64,000 nt of DNA from NCBI GenBank assembly GCA_003599485.1, contig QZKM01000018.1, positions 278 through 64,277 of the forward strand, read 5' to 3'. Shown here in pieces: positions 46,606 through 55,638 of this stretch (within the stretch, counting starts at the first letter, position 1; each line of letters opens with the position of its first letter). This DNA comes from Gammaproteobacteria bacterium. GTDB lineage: Bacteria > Pseudomonadota > Gammaproteobacteria > SURF-13. Position numbers and translations under genes: made by a program. The notes under the pieces were generated by a model. It was not told the DNA's origin, ran no database searches, and saw only the letters and a list, made by a program, of their open reading frames with translations.

Positions 46606-48434
46606 TTGATGTTTACCAGCCGCTGCCGCAGCCGGCCCGTGATCTGCGCGGCGGGCAGCGGGCCGCCCAGGTAATAGCCCTGCGCAAAATCGCAACTCAA
46701 CCCGGCGAGCCTGTCCAGAACTTCGCGCGTCTCGACGCCCTCGCCTACCACCTTGATCCCAAACGCATGCGCCAGATCAATAATCTGGCGCACGATCACG
46801 GCGTCGTCCTCGTTCATCGCCATCCCGGTCACAAACGACTGGCCGATCTTGATCTCGTCCACCGGCGGCTTCCTGAGATAGCTGAGCGAGGAATAGCCGG
46901 TGCCGAAGCCGTCAACGGACAGCCGCACGCCAAGTTCGCTCAAACGCATGAGCATGTCCGTGACGCGCGCCGGGTCCGACATGACGCTCTCGGTGATCTC
47001 CAATTCCAGATACTGCGGTGCGAAGCCGGTGGCGTGCAGCAATTGCCCGATCTGGTCCAGGAGCTGGCCGTTTTGCAGGTTCTGCACGGAAAGATTGACC
47101 GCGATACCGACAGGCAGACCTGCCTCATGCCAGGCGCGGCCTTGGCGCAATGCGGCGTCGAGCACCCACAGGGTGAGCCGGTTGATCAACCCGGTGCGCT
47201 CGGCAACCGGAATAAACTGATCGGGCGCGATCAGGCCGTGCTGCGGGTGCTGCCAGCGCACCAGGGCCTCCACGCCCGCCACCTCACCCGTCGTTATGGA
47301 AACCTTGGGCTGATAGTGCAGCACCAGTTGTTCATGTTCGATGGCCTGGCGCAGCTCTCCGATGAGCGCCAGGCGGTGCACGGTGCGATGGTCGTATAAC
47401 GCGGCATAAACGGCATAGCCGCCGTTCTGTTTGGCTTCGTACATCGCCGCATCGGCGCGCTGCATGAGCAGATCAGCCTCGTCGCCGTGCTCCGGATAAA
47501 GCGCAATGCCGATGCTGGCGCCGATCTCCATGCTCAGTCCTTCAACGACCATGGCTTCCTGCAGGGCGTGGAGTATTTTCTGCGCGACCAATGTGGCCTG
47601 GTTCGCGCCGGTGTGCGGCAGCACCACCGCGAATTCATCTCCGCCCAAGCGCGCCAACGTGTCGGAATCACGCAGCACGTTGCGCAGGCGCGGCCCGATC
47701 TGACGCAACAGCAGATCACCCCTCTGGTGACCGAGCGTATCGTTGACTTCCTTGAACCGGTCGAGGTCCATCAGCAGCAGGGCAAAAGGCGTGTCCTCGC
47801 GCCGGCCGATGCTGATGGCCTGTTGCAAACAGTTATACAACAGGGCGCGGTTGGGCAGGCCGGTCAGCGGGTCGTGCAAGGCCTGATGTTCCCGCGCCTG
47901 CACATCCTCCTGCGCCTGACGCAGCGCCCTGTTGAGTTCGCCGCTGACGATTTCGTGCTGGACCCACAGCGCCACGTCACACAGTTTTTGCACATCGTCT
48001 TCGCTCATTTGCCGTGGGCGGTAATCCACGATGCACAACGTGCCCAGCCTGCTGCCGTCTAGGGCGCTGACCGGACATCCGGCATAGAAACGTATAAACG
48101 GCGGCCCCGCCACATAAGGGTTGCCGGCAAAACGCTCGTCGAGCAGGGTGTCGGGCACCACCATCACCTCGTCCCTCAGGATGGCGTGGGCGCAAAAGGA
48201 GAAGGCGCGCGGGGTCTCGGAAATGTCCAGACCGTAGCTCGACTTGAACCACTGCCGCTCGGCGTCAATCAGGCTGATGAGGGAAACCGGCGCGTCGAAC
48301 AAGCGCGCGGCAAAACGGGTGATGCGGTCGAAGCGCGTTTCGGGGGGTGTATCGAGCAGGTTCAGGTTTGCCAACGTGGCAAGCCTGGCGGCCTCGTCGG
48401 CCGGCAGCGGCGCTTCAAGCATAACTTTCCCCAA
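46602..48434 (-). CDS. GAF-GGDEF-EAL c-di-GMP signalling protein
   Basis: N-terminal GAF domain, a GGDEF domain (RLGGDEFAVV) and an EAL domain (ELEITE). Confidence 0.85.
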   Translation of the reverse strand: MGKVMLEAPLPADEAARLATLANLNLLDTPPETRFDRITRFAARLFDAPVSLISLIDAERQWFKSSYGLDISETPRAFSFCAHAILRDEVMVVPDTLLDERFAGNPYVAGPPFIRFYAGCPVSALDGSRLGTLCIVDYRPRQMSEDDVQKLCDVALWVQHEIVSGELNRALRQAQEDVQAREHQALHDPLTGLPNRALLYNCLQQAISIGRREDTPFALLLMDLDRFKEVNDTLGHQRGDLLLRQIGPRLRNVLRDSDTLARLGGDEFAVVLPHTGANQATLVAQKILHALQEAMVVEGLSMEIGASIGIALYPEHGDEADLLMQRADAAMYEAKQNGGYAVYAALYDHRTVHRLALIGELRQAIEHEQLVLHYQPKVSITTGEVAGVEALVRWQHPQHGLIAPDQFIPVAERTGLINRLTLWVLDAALRQGRAWHEAGLPVGIAVNLSVQNLQNGQLLDQIGQLLHATGFAPQYLELEITESVMSDPARVTDMLMRLSELGVRLSVDGFGTGYSSLSYLRKPPVDEIKIGQSFVTGMAMNEDDAVIVRQIIDLAHAFGIKVVGEGVETREVLDRLAGLSCDFAQGYYLGGPLPAAQITGRLRQRLVNIN

Positions 48435-48642
48435 GATCTCCGGCCAAAGCTTAATGCGTTATTATAGGAAAGTGATCAGGCCATCACCAGCGCGATTTAT
48501 TTTGTCACTGTTTTTCAGTGGGTTATAGTGGATTGTTGTTTTGATAGTACAATAGCAGACAGGGAGGGAGATGAATTCTCCAAAACTTTCTTGAAATTGC
48601 CTCCATGATCTTTTGAGACAGATAGAATATGGACGTATGTTT

Positions 48643-49347
48643 ATGAATTCTGAACATTTTAATACGGATGCGCACGAAATCGCCAAGTTCGAAGCGGCGG
48701 CCGCGCGCTGGTGGGACCCAAGCAGCGAATTCAAACCGCTGCATGATCTCAATCCCCTGCGCCTTGAGTATATCGAGAGCCATGTGACGCTGGCCGGCAA
48801 ACGCGCGCTCGACGTGGGGTGCGGCGGCGGCATACTGGCCGAGGGGCTGGCGCGGCGCGGGGCCGAAGTCACCGGCATAGACATGGGCGCGGCATCGCTC
48901 AGCGCCGCGCGCCTGCATCTGCTGGAATCGGGCCTCAAGGTGGATTATCAGCAGACCGCCGTCGAGCAATTCGCCCAGCACCACCGCGCGGAATTCGATC
49001 TGGTCACCTGCATGGAACTGCTGGAGCACGTGCCCGATCCGGCTTCGGTAGTCAGGGCCTGCGCGCAACTCGTCAAACCGGGCGGCGTGGTGTTTTTCTC
49101 CACGCTGAATCGCAATCCGAAGTCTTGGCTGTTCGCCGTGCTGGGGGCGGAATACCTGCTGCGTATGCTGCCGCGCGGCACGCATGATTACGCCAAATTC
49201 ATCCGCCCCGCGGAGCTGGCGGCATGGATCCGGGACAGCGGCCTCACGCTACGCGAACTGACGGGCATGAGCTACAATCCGCTCAGCCGGCAATACAGCC
49301 TGTCGCGCGACGTGAGCGTGAATTATTTCGCCGTGGCGGGGAAATGA
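48643..49347 (+). CDS. ubiG: Ubiquinone biosynthesis O-methyltransferase UbiG
   Basis: SAM motif [12 protein letters not shown] and UbiG family sequence. The ORF starts at 48613; the Met at 48643 is the likelier start. Confidence 0.88.
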   Translation: MNSEHFNTDAHEIAKFEAAAARWWDPSSEFKPLHDLNPLRLEYIESHVTLAGKRALDVGCGGGILAEGLARRGAEVTGIDMGAASLSAARLHLLESGLKVDYQQTAVEQFAQHHRAEFDLVTCMELLEHVPDPASVVRACAQLVKPGGVVFFSTLNRNPKSWLFAVLGAEYLLRMLPRGTHDYAKFIRPAELAAWIRDSGLTLRELTGMSYNPLSRQYSLSRDVSVNYFAVAGK

Positions 49348-50012
49348 AGCACGCGCTGCGCACCGTGCTGTTTGATCTGGACGGCACGCTGGCGGACACC
49401 GCCCCCGATCTCGCCCACGCGCTCAACGCCGTGCTGCGCGAACAGGGGCGCGCCGCCCTGCCGTTTGCACGCGTCCGCGCCGCCGTCTCGCACGGCGCAA
49501 GCGCGTTGATCCGTCTTGGCTTCAACATCGAGCCCGATGATGCAAACTTTGAAACGCTGCGCTTGCGTTTACTGGACATTTATCAACAGCACCTGGCCGA
49601 TCAAACCACCCTGTTCCCGGGCGTACCGGAACTGCTGGAGCATATTGAACGACGCGGCATGAACTGGGGCGTGATCACCAACAAGCCCGCCTGGCTCACT
49701 GGACCGCTCATGGATAAGCTGGGTCTTACGCAGCGCGCCGCCTGCATCGTGAGCGGCGACACCACCGCGCGCCGCAAGCCCGACCCCGAGCCCATGCTGT
49801 ACGCCTGCGGCAAGGCGGGCAGCACGGTGCAGGAATGCGTGTACGTCGGCGACGCCGAGCGCGACATCGAGGCGGGAAGACGCGCTGGAATGAAAACCCT
49901 GGTGGCATTGTTTGGTTATATCGCGCACGACGACACGCCTCACGCCTGGGGCGCGGACGGCATGATAAACGCGCCGCAGGACGTGCTGGCCTGGATGGAC
50001 GATCATGCTTGA
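49344..50012 (+). CDS. gph: Phosphoglycolate phosphatase (HAD family)
   Basis: HAD motif [10 protein letters not shown]. Start overlaps the ubiG stop (ATGA). Confidence 0.8.
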   Translation: MKHALRTVLFDLDGTLADTAPDLAHALNAVLREQGRAALPFARVRAAVSHGASALIRLGFNIEPDDANFETLRLRLLDIYQQHLADQTTLFPGVPELLEHIERRGMNWGVITNKPAWLTGPLMDKLGLTQRAACIVSGDTTARRKPDPEPMLYACGKAGSTVQECVYVGDAERDIEAGRRAGMKTLVALFGYIAHDDTPHAWGADGMINAPQDVLAWMDDHA

Positions 50013-51288
50013 TTCCATTTCACTTTTTACCTTGTTATCAAGCATCACGCTGGCGTTGCTCGTGGGCGCGTTCGCGTGCTATTTCCATCTTCAACGCCGC
50101 GTCAGCGAACTGCGCGAAACCAACGCCACGCTGCGCGCCACGCTGGAAGCCGAGCGCCACGCCATGAGCGAGAAAATGAGCGCACTGGAAGGCGCGCGCG
50201 CCGAATTGACTCACACCTTCAGCGCGCTGGCCGGTCAGGCTCTGCGCAGCAACACCGAGGAATTTCTCAAGCTGGCGCAAGAAAATCTCAAACAATTCCA
50301 GATCAAGGCGGAAAGCGGTCTGACGCAAAAAGAAAAGGCGATTGAAGGCCTGGTCCAGCCCATCAGGGAGGCGCTGGAAAAAACCGAAAAGCAGATACAT
50401 CAGATCGAACTGGAGCGCAGGGAGGCGTATGGCTCGCTCGGCAAACATCTGGAGCAGATGGCGCACGCGCATCAAACCCTGCAAAGCGAGACGCGCAATC
50501 TCACCCAGGCATTGAGACGCCCCGAAGTGCGCGGTCAATGGGGCGAGATGACGCTCAAGCGCCTCGCGGAACTCGCCGGCATGGTGGAATACTGCGACTT
50601 TTCCCAACAGGAACACACCGCCACGGAAGACGGCGCGGTGCGCCCCGACATGATCGTGCGCATGCCGGGCGGGCGCGAGATCGTGGTGGACGCCAAGACG
50701 CCGCTCGACGCTTACCTCAGCGCGGTGGAGGCCCCGGACGACGCGGCGCGCGACAAATACCTGCAACAGCACGCGCGCAAGGTCGCGGAGCGCGTGAAAG
50801 AGCTGGCGGGTAAGGCCTACTGGTCGCAATTCCCGAATGCGCCCGATTTTGTGGTGTTGTTCATCCCCGGCGACCAGTTTCTCAGCGCCGCGCTGGACGT
50901 GGATCGTGACCTGCTGGAAAACGCATTGCGGCAGAAGGTCATCCTCGCCACGCCCACCAGTTTTGTCGCCCTGCTGCGCGCCGTCGCCTACGGCTGGCGC
51001 CAGCAAAGCCTGGCAGCAAATGCGGAAAAAATACGCGACCTTGGCGCCGAACTCTACGAGCGCCTGGCGACCTTCACCGAGCACTTTTCCAAAGTTGGCG
51101 CCAATTTAAAAACCGCCCTGGACTTTTATAACAAAGCCGCCGGTTCTTATGATCGCATGCTCATCCCCAGCGCGCGGAAATTCGTCGAAATGGGCATCCA
51201 GGCCAACAAACCCCTGGAATCTCCCACGCCCATAGAAGCCGAGGTACGCACGCTCGCCAATCCAGCAAAAAACAAACCATCCGGTTGA
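50005..51288 (+). CDS. rmuC: DNA recombination protein RmuC
   Basis: N-terminal TM helix, long coiled coil and RmuC C-terminal domain. Confidence 0.85.
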   Translation: MLDSISLFTLLSSITLALLVGAFACYFHLQRRVSELRETNATLRATLEAERHAMSEKMSALEGARAELTHTFSALAGQALRSNTEEFLKLAQENLKQFQIKAESGLTQKEKAIEGLVQPIREALEKTEKQIHQIELERREAYGSLGKHLEQMAHAHQTLQSETRNLTQALRRPEVRGQWGEMTLKRLAELAGMVEYCDFSQQEHTATEDGAVRPDMIVRMPGGREIVVDAKTPLDAYLSAVEAPDDAARDKYLQQHARKVAERVKELAGKAYWSQFPNAPDFVVLFIPGDQFLSAALDVDRDLLENALRQKVILATPTSFVALLRAVAYGWRQQSLAANAEKIRDLGAELYERLATFTEHFSKVGANLKTALDFYNKAAGSYDRMLIPSARKFVEMGIQANKPLESPTPIEAEVRTLANPAKNKPSG

Positions 51289-52160
51289 CACGGATGGCTC
51301 CCCACGATTACTTCCGGGACAAAATAGCGCAGCCCGGCTCCTTGCTGTACTACAGCCTGCTGTACACCCCGCAAGCAGGGCGCGACGCCCTCATCGCACT
51401 GCATACCCTGCGTCACGAATTGCTCGATGTGCTGGACAAATGCAGCGACGCTTCGGTGGCGCGCATGAAGTTGAACTGGTGGCGCGAGGAGCTGCATCGC
51501 CTGTTTCAGAACCAGGCCCGCCATCCCTTGACCCAGGCACTGCTCCCGCTCACCCAACGCTACACTCTTCCACTTGAGCATTTCCTGGAGATTGTGGACG
51601 GCGTGCAGATGGGACTGGACGTCACCCGCTACTCGTCTTGCAATGAACTGCTGCTCTACTGCCACCGGGTAAGCAGCATGGTGACGCTGATGAGCGTGGA
51701 GATTCTGGGATACACGGAACGCGCCACGCTCAAATTCGCCCATGAGTTAGGCGTGGCGCTGCAACTGACGCGTTTTATACTGAACCTGCGCCACGACTCG
51801 CGGCGCGGACGGATTTTTATACCGCTTGATGAAATGAACCGCTTCGGTGTGAACGTCAACGACCTGAAAGAAGCCGCGCCCGGCGGCAAGCTGAAGGAGC
51901 TGTTAAGGCTTCAGGCGCAGCGCGTGCGTGAATACCACGCCAAGGCGTTGGCTCAACTCCCCGCAGTGGACCGTTACCGCCAGCTTCCTCTGCTCACCGA
52001 GGCCTGGCTCCATCTGGCCTTGCTGGACAAGCTTGAGGACAGGGACTACTGGCTGCCGGAACAACCTCTGACACTCGCGCCGTTACGCCAACTCTGGATC
52101 GCCTGGCGCACCCTGCGCCGCGAGAAGGGCATGCGCAAATCCGCGACTCAAGGCGCCTGA
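51285..52160 (+). CDS. Squalene/phytoene synthase family protein (head-to-head isoprenoid synthase, HpnD/CrtB-like)
   Basis: Family-typical sequence (YCHRVSSMV...RFI.LDE). Confidence 0.6.
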   Translation: MTRMAPHDYFRDKIAQPGSLLYYSLLYTPQAGRDALIALHTLRHELLDVLDKCSDASVARMKLNWWREELHRLFQNQARHPLTQALLPLTQRYTLPLEHFLEIVDGVQMGLDVTRYSSCNELLLYCHRVSSMVTLMSVEILGYTERATLKFAHELGVALQLTRFILNLRHDSRRGRIFIPLDEMNRFGVNVNDLKEAAPGGKLKELLRLQAQRVREYHAKALAQLPAVDRYRQLPLLTEAWLHLALLDKLEDRDYWLPEQPLTLAPLRQLWIAWRTLRREKGMRKSATQGA

Positions 52161-53185
52161 CCGGTGCGCGCGAGGTAATCCCTCAAATTTTCCGGCTTGT
52201 AGCCCGAGAGGTTTTTGTAGCGCCGCAGCGCATCGGGATGGACTTTTTCTCCGGTGTTTTCACCCGCCCCAATGGGGCGATGATGACTGGGTGTGAGCTT
52301 GTAGAGCCCCGTCCTGGAGTCGCGCAACTCGCCGTCCCATCCGGGATGGATGTTTTCCCTGACGTAGTCCTCGTCAAAGGCAAGCCCCGCGCCTTGCGCC
52401 TTTTCCTTCATCCACATGAAGGTGATGTCGGAAAGGCCACTGTCTTCATAGCCGCCGCCGACGTTGGTATGCACACCGGCGAACCACACCTGCTCCAGTT
52501 TTTGACCCGCCGCGTGCGGCTGCTGCTGCCAGATGCTCGGCGCAAACGGCGCGCGCTTCTCGTCTATCGCCAGTGCCTGATAAGCGTGATCCACGTAACT
52601 GCTCAGCTTCACGTCGTGGAATTCCAGTCCTATCAGCCTGTTCGCATAACGCATCCCGCGCAGCGGAATGCCCAACGCGCCCACGGTGTCCCACACGCCG
52701 ATGCATTTAATACGCACCTCGTGCGCGTACATCCTGCGGAATATCTGCGCTTCCACCGAATTCGGATTGGACTGGTCATCCCGGCGGCGATACAAGGCAT
52801 AAGCCTGCTGGAATTTATCCGCGTGTTCCTTTTTCAGCAACCCGCAGTTGCGCATCAGACCGGCGGTGCTTCTCGCGGTATAAGCGCCGCGGCTGAAACC
52901 GAACAGATAAATCTCGTCGTCCGGCTCATAGTTTTCCACCAGAAACCGGTACGCATCCTCGATATTTTCTGACAAGCCGGCGCCAAAGGCCCCGCCCCTC
53001 ACGCGATCCCACCAATGCGTGCCCACCCCCTTGTCGTAGAAAACCCGTTGCTCCATTCCGCGCGCATCCTGACGCGCCACCGCCAGCGCCATCTTCGCCA
53101 CGTTACTCGGCCTGATCTGACCCCGGTCTTTCTGGTCAGGCGTATTCCATGTGCCGTCGGAACAGATGACGATGCGTTTAGGCAT
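52148..53185 (-). CDS. DUF2235 alpha/beta-hydrolase (T6SS Tle1-like phospholipase catalytic domain), standalone
   Basis: Starts IVICSDGTWN. Nucleophile elbow GFSRGA (GxSxG). Only ~345 aa, with no Tle1 C-terminal extension. Confidence 0.65.
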   Translation of the reverse strand: MPKRIVICSDGTWNTPDQKDRGQIRPSNVAKMALAVARQDARGMEQRVFYDKGVGTHWWDRVRGGAFGAGLSENIEDAYRFLVENYEPDDEIYLFGFSRGAYTARSTAGLMRNCGLLKKEHADKFQQAYALYRRRDDQSNPNSVEAQIFRRMYAHEVRIKCIGVWDTVGALGIPLRGMRYANRLIGLEFHDVKLSSYVDHAYQALAIDEKRAPFAPSIWQQQPHAAGQKLEQVWFAGVHTNVGGGYEDSGLSDITFMWMKEKAQGAGLAFDEDYVRENIHPGWDGELRDSRTGLYKLTPSHHRPIGAGENTGEKVHPDALRRYKNLSGYKPENLRDYLARTGQAP

Positions 53186-53203
53186 GGCACATCCTCTTAT
53201 GTT

Positions 53204-53682
53204 GAATCACTCCAGCAGCTTACCATAGCCCGTGTAGAGCGCAATAACCGAAGGGCATTGCGCCGGATGCGATGCCACTTTCACCAGCGCTGCTTTCATA
53301 ACCCGCCAATCATCGTTCTCGTTTTCATCCGGCGCATTACGGCTCATGCCTAATGCGCCCTACGCTTGCTGAAACAGGAAATACGAAGTAGTCAGGATCA
53401 GACGCTTTACTGTTGTGCGCAATTCCATCCAGGTTCAATCTTACGAATACCACGAAATCACAATCGAAGCGGCTGATCAGAAAACCCGTGGCTTTCCGTG
53501 TCCATCTGCTCTTAACCTGAAGTCTGGCAGAGGTGTTGTGTTCTGGACTTGTAGCGACCAAGTCATACCCCGGCATATTCGTGTATGTCTTGTATGTATG
53601 CCTCGACGCCATTAATCAGCAGATTCCCGAGCACCAGAAACTCTGCACCTTCAGACTCCAGCTTCGTGTTCTTGTATACCAT
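53204..53682 (-). pseudogene. Probable frameshifted gene remnant: three consecutive overlapping minus-strand ORFs of 40, 91 and 47 codons in different frames; the middle piece has a PD-(D/E)xK-like motif (D...QVK)
   Basis: Minus-strand translations: MVYKNTKLESEGAEFLVLGNLLING... (53563-53682), MASRHTYKTYTNMPGYDLVATS...LQVKSRW... (53337-53612), and MSRNAPDENENDDW... (53204-53347). Successive frames overlap by 50 nt and 11 nt, and local GC falls to about 50%. Confidence 0.3.
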
Positions 53683-53785
53683 CTCTATCGTGCTCTTGAG
53701 CCCCTAACGCCTTGTTGTGCCGCGCCGGCCACGAGCGCACCAGGAAATGCGCTGCACTGTCCCCAGCGTCGGCACGAACAAATAG

Positions 53786-54280
53786 TTATGTTTCAAGTTT
53801 TTTGTACATGACATACGCGTCAACGAACCCATGTGTGGGATGCCTAAACGCCTCCGGTAACGCGCCGACAATCTCAAAGCCAAGCTTTTTCCAGAGCCGA
53901 ACAGCACCGGTATTGGTCGAAACGACCAAGTTGTATTGCATTGATCGAAATCCCCGCCTCATGGCCTCTTGCTGAGAATGCTCGCACATGGCAGACGCGA
54001 TGCCTTTGCCCCGAGAGGTTTCTCCGACAACGTAGCCACAGTTGCAAACATGCGCACCTTGGCCCGGTTGATTGGCCTTTATGTAGTAGGTGCCCAAAAT
54101 GTGCCCTGAGTCATCTTCTACCACGAATGTGGCTGCTGGCACCTCAACCCAGACCTTAAAGGCTTCGGCTTCCGAGATGTCGGAGGCGAAACTGTAGGTA
54201 TCACCAGCACGAAAGACGGGCTCAAGAATGGCCCAAGTAGCCGGCCAGTCGGATTCTTCAATAGGCCGAATCGTCGTCAT
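53786..54280 (-). CDS. GNAT family N-acetyltransferase (start at the Met of MTTIRPIEE)
   Basis: Acetyl-CoA binding motif region (VGETSRGKGIASAM) and GNAT fold sequence. Confidence 0.8.
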   Translation of the reverse strand: MTTIRPIEESDWPATWAILEPVFRAGDTYSFASDISEAEAFKVWVEVPAATFVVEDDSGHILGTYYIKANQPGQGAHVCNCGYVVGETSRGKGIASAMCEHSQQEAMRRGFRSMQYNLVVSTNTGAVRLWKKLGFEIVGALPEAFRHPTHGFVDAYVMYKKLET

Positions 54281-54425
54281 ACGTTGGAAATGTCTCTTGA
54301 AACATAACGGGACGCGAGTCGAGGCGCACCCCAAATGGTTAAGGATAGAATGATTCTATTCTTAGTCAGGAGCGGGCGACAGCCGCGTCCGGAGGGAGCG
54401 GCTCGAACGAGGGATAGGCACCTCA

Positions 54426-54725
54426 TCAGGTATGACCGGCTTCGGCATGCAACTTGAGTCCCAGAGCCCCGATGACTTTGAGGATGGTATCGAAACCGGG
54501 GCTGCGCTCGCCGGAAAGAGCTTTGTAAAGGCTCTCACGGGATAGGCCGGCATCGCGCGCAACCTGCGCCATGCCCTTCGCACGGGCAATGTCGCCTAGT
54601 GCTTTAGCAATGAAAGCGGCGTCTCCGTTTGCCTCTTCGAAGCAAGCTTCGAGGTAGGCGGCCATTTCCTCAGGGGTTCTGAGGTGTTCGGCAACGTCAT
54701 AGCGAGTGGTAGCAGTTTTGGCCAT
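54426..54725 (-). CDS. Addiction-module antidote protein, HigA family (HTH antitoxin)
   Basis: 99 aa. Sequence typical of the putative addiction module antidote family (EEMAAYLEACFEEANGD...IAKALGDIARAKGM...LYKALS). Confidence 0.8.
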   Translation of the reverse strand: MAKTATTRYDVAEHLRTPEEMAAYLEACFEEANGDAAFIAKALGDIARAKGMAQVARDAGLSRESLYKALSGERSPGFDTILKVIGALGLKLHAEAGHT

Positions 54726-54730
54726 AGTGA

Positions 54731-55027
54731 TTACTCCGAAAGGTTGCGGGCGAGGCGCAAGGCAGTCTTGATGTCCTTGGCTTGGGTGCTCTTATCACCG
54801 CCGGCCAGGAGAATGATTGCTTCTCGCCCTCGCTTTCTGAAATAGACCCTGTACCCAGGGCCGTAGTTGATTCGCAACTCCGATATGCCTTCGCCAACCG
54901 GCTCTACATCACCAGGGTTTCCGCCAGCGAGGCGCTCGATCCTGGCCTGAACACGCGCTCTGGCTTGGTTGTCACGTAGGTCATCGAGCCATTTAGCAAA
55001 GACGCCGGTCTTGCGAATTTCGACCAT
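54731..55027 (-). CDS. Addiction-module killer protein, RelE/ParE superfamily (HigB-like), encoded upstream of its antitoxin
   Basis: 98 aa. Toxin-first arrangement with a 5-nt gap to the antidote gene. Confidence 0.8.
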   Translation of the reverse strand: MVEIRKTGVFAKWLDDLRDNQARARVQARIERLAGGNPGDVEPVGEGISELRINYGPGYRVYFRKRGREAIILLAGGDKSTQAKDIKTALRLARNLSE

Positions 55028-55035
55028 CCACTAAC

Positions 55036-55053
55036 TGTAGCCGCATGGCTACA
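55036..55053. promoter_or_regulatory. Perfect palindrome TGTAGCC-GCAT-GGCTACA about 10 nt upstream of the higB-like start; candidate TA operator
   Basis: Seen directly in the sequence. Confidence 0.45.
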
Positions 55054-55133
55054 TCATGTCAATAGCAAAGCGACATCGCTTCAAGTGGCCAACCGGAGTG
55101 AGGAACAACGCGCGTCCCGTTGAGAGGTGCGCG

Positions 55134-55565
55134 TCATGTCTTGCGCTGGTCTCGTATCAGGCTGCGTAGTTTGTTCATCAGGTATCCTCCCAACCACAGC
55201 ATGGCCTCCCACACCTGCACCGTCACCAGGCCGATGAGAAAGGAGTGCACAAATGCGGTTTCGATCACCTTGTCCGCGCCGAGCAAGGCCAGCGCGGGTG
55301 AACCGGCCCAGGGGATGGTGGAGGCGAGCACCTTGCGTATCAGGGGCTTTCCCTTGAAGGCGTGATAGCCGAGCGGGGCCATCGCCAGGGGAGCGATCAG
55401 TAAATGCAAGCCGCCCGCGAGATGGACTACATAGGCGTACAGCGCCGCCAGGATCAGGAGCGCTACCCAGTTGCGCAAATAATAGGAGCGCACGCCGATT
55501 CCCGCGCCGGAATCAACGCCGCCAACCAGCGATAAAGCCGCTTGTTTTGTCTTATTTTCCGACAA
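55134..55565 (-). CDS. Small integral membrane protein, no recognisable family, no heme-binding motif
   Basis: Two or three predicted TM helices. Same strand as fccB and directly downstream of it. The annotated TTG start overlaps the small ORF, so the true start is uncertain. Confidence 0.5.
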   Translation of the reverse strand: MSENKTKQAALSLVGGVDSGAGIGVRSYYLRNWVALLILAALYAYVVHLAGGLHLLIAPLAMAPLGYHAFKGKPLIRKVLASTIPWAGSPALALLGADKVIETAFVHSFLIGLVTVQVWEAMLWLGGYLMNKLRSLIRDQRKT

Positions 55566-55635
55566 ACAGCGAGGTGAGCCATGCCACGATGACGATCGCC
55601 GCCGCCAAACTCAACATCACAAAGGTGAAGTCCAT
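55552..55635 (-). CDS. 27-codon single-TM micro-ORF (MDFTFVMLSLAAAIVIVAWLTSLFVGK), 3 nt downstream of the fccB stop
   Basis: ATG is preceded by the Shine-Dalgarno GGAGAGGG at 8-nt spacing. The peptide is a uniformly hydrophobic helix. Confidence 0.4.
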   Translation of the reverse strand: MDFTFVMLSLAAAIVIVAWLTSLFVGK

Positions 55636-55638
55636 GAT

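Noticed and set aside
50038-51084. 348-aa minus-strand ORF antisense to rmuC
   Set aside because: Shadow ORF. The RmuC frame has TM, coiled-coil and RmuC domain features.
53786-55027. GNAT acetyltransferase as the toxin of a GNAT/RHH-type TA system (TacT/AtaT-like) paired with the adjacent HigA-like antitoxin
   Set aside because: The GNAT gene is separated from the antidote gene by about 145 nt and has its own start. The antidote is directly coupled (5-nt gap) to a RelE/ParE-like killer gene. The GNAT sequence looks like a generic acetyltransferase rather than the tRNA-acetylating toxin clade.
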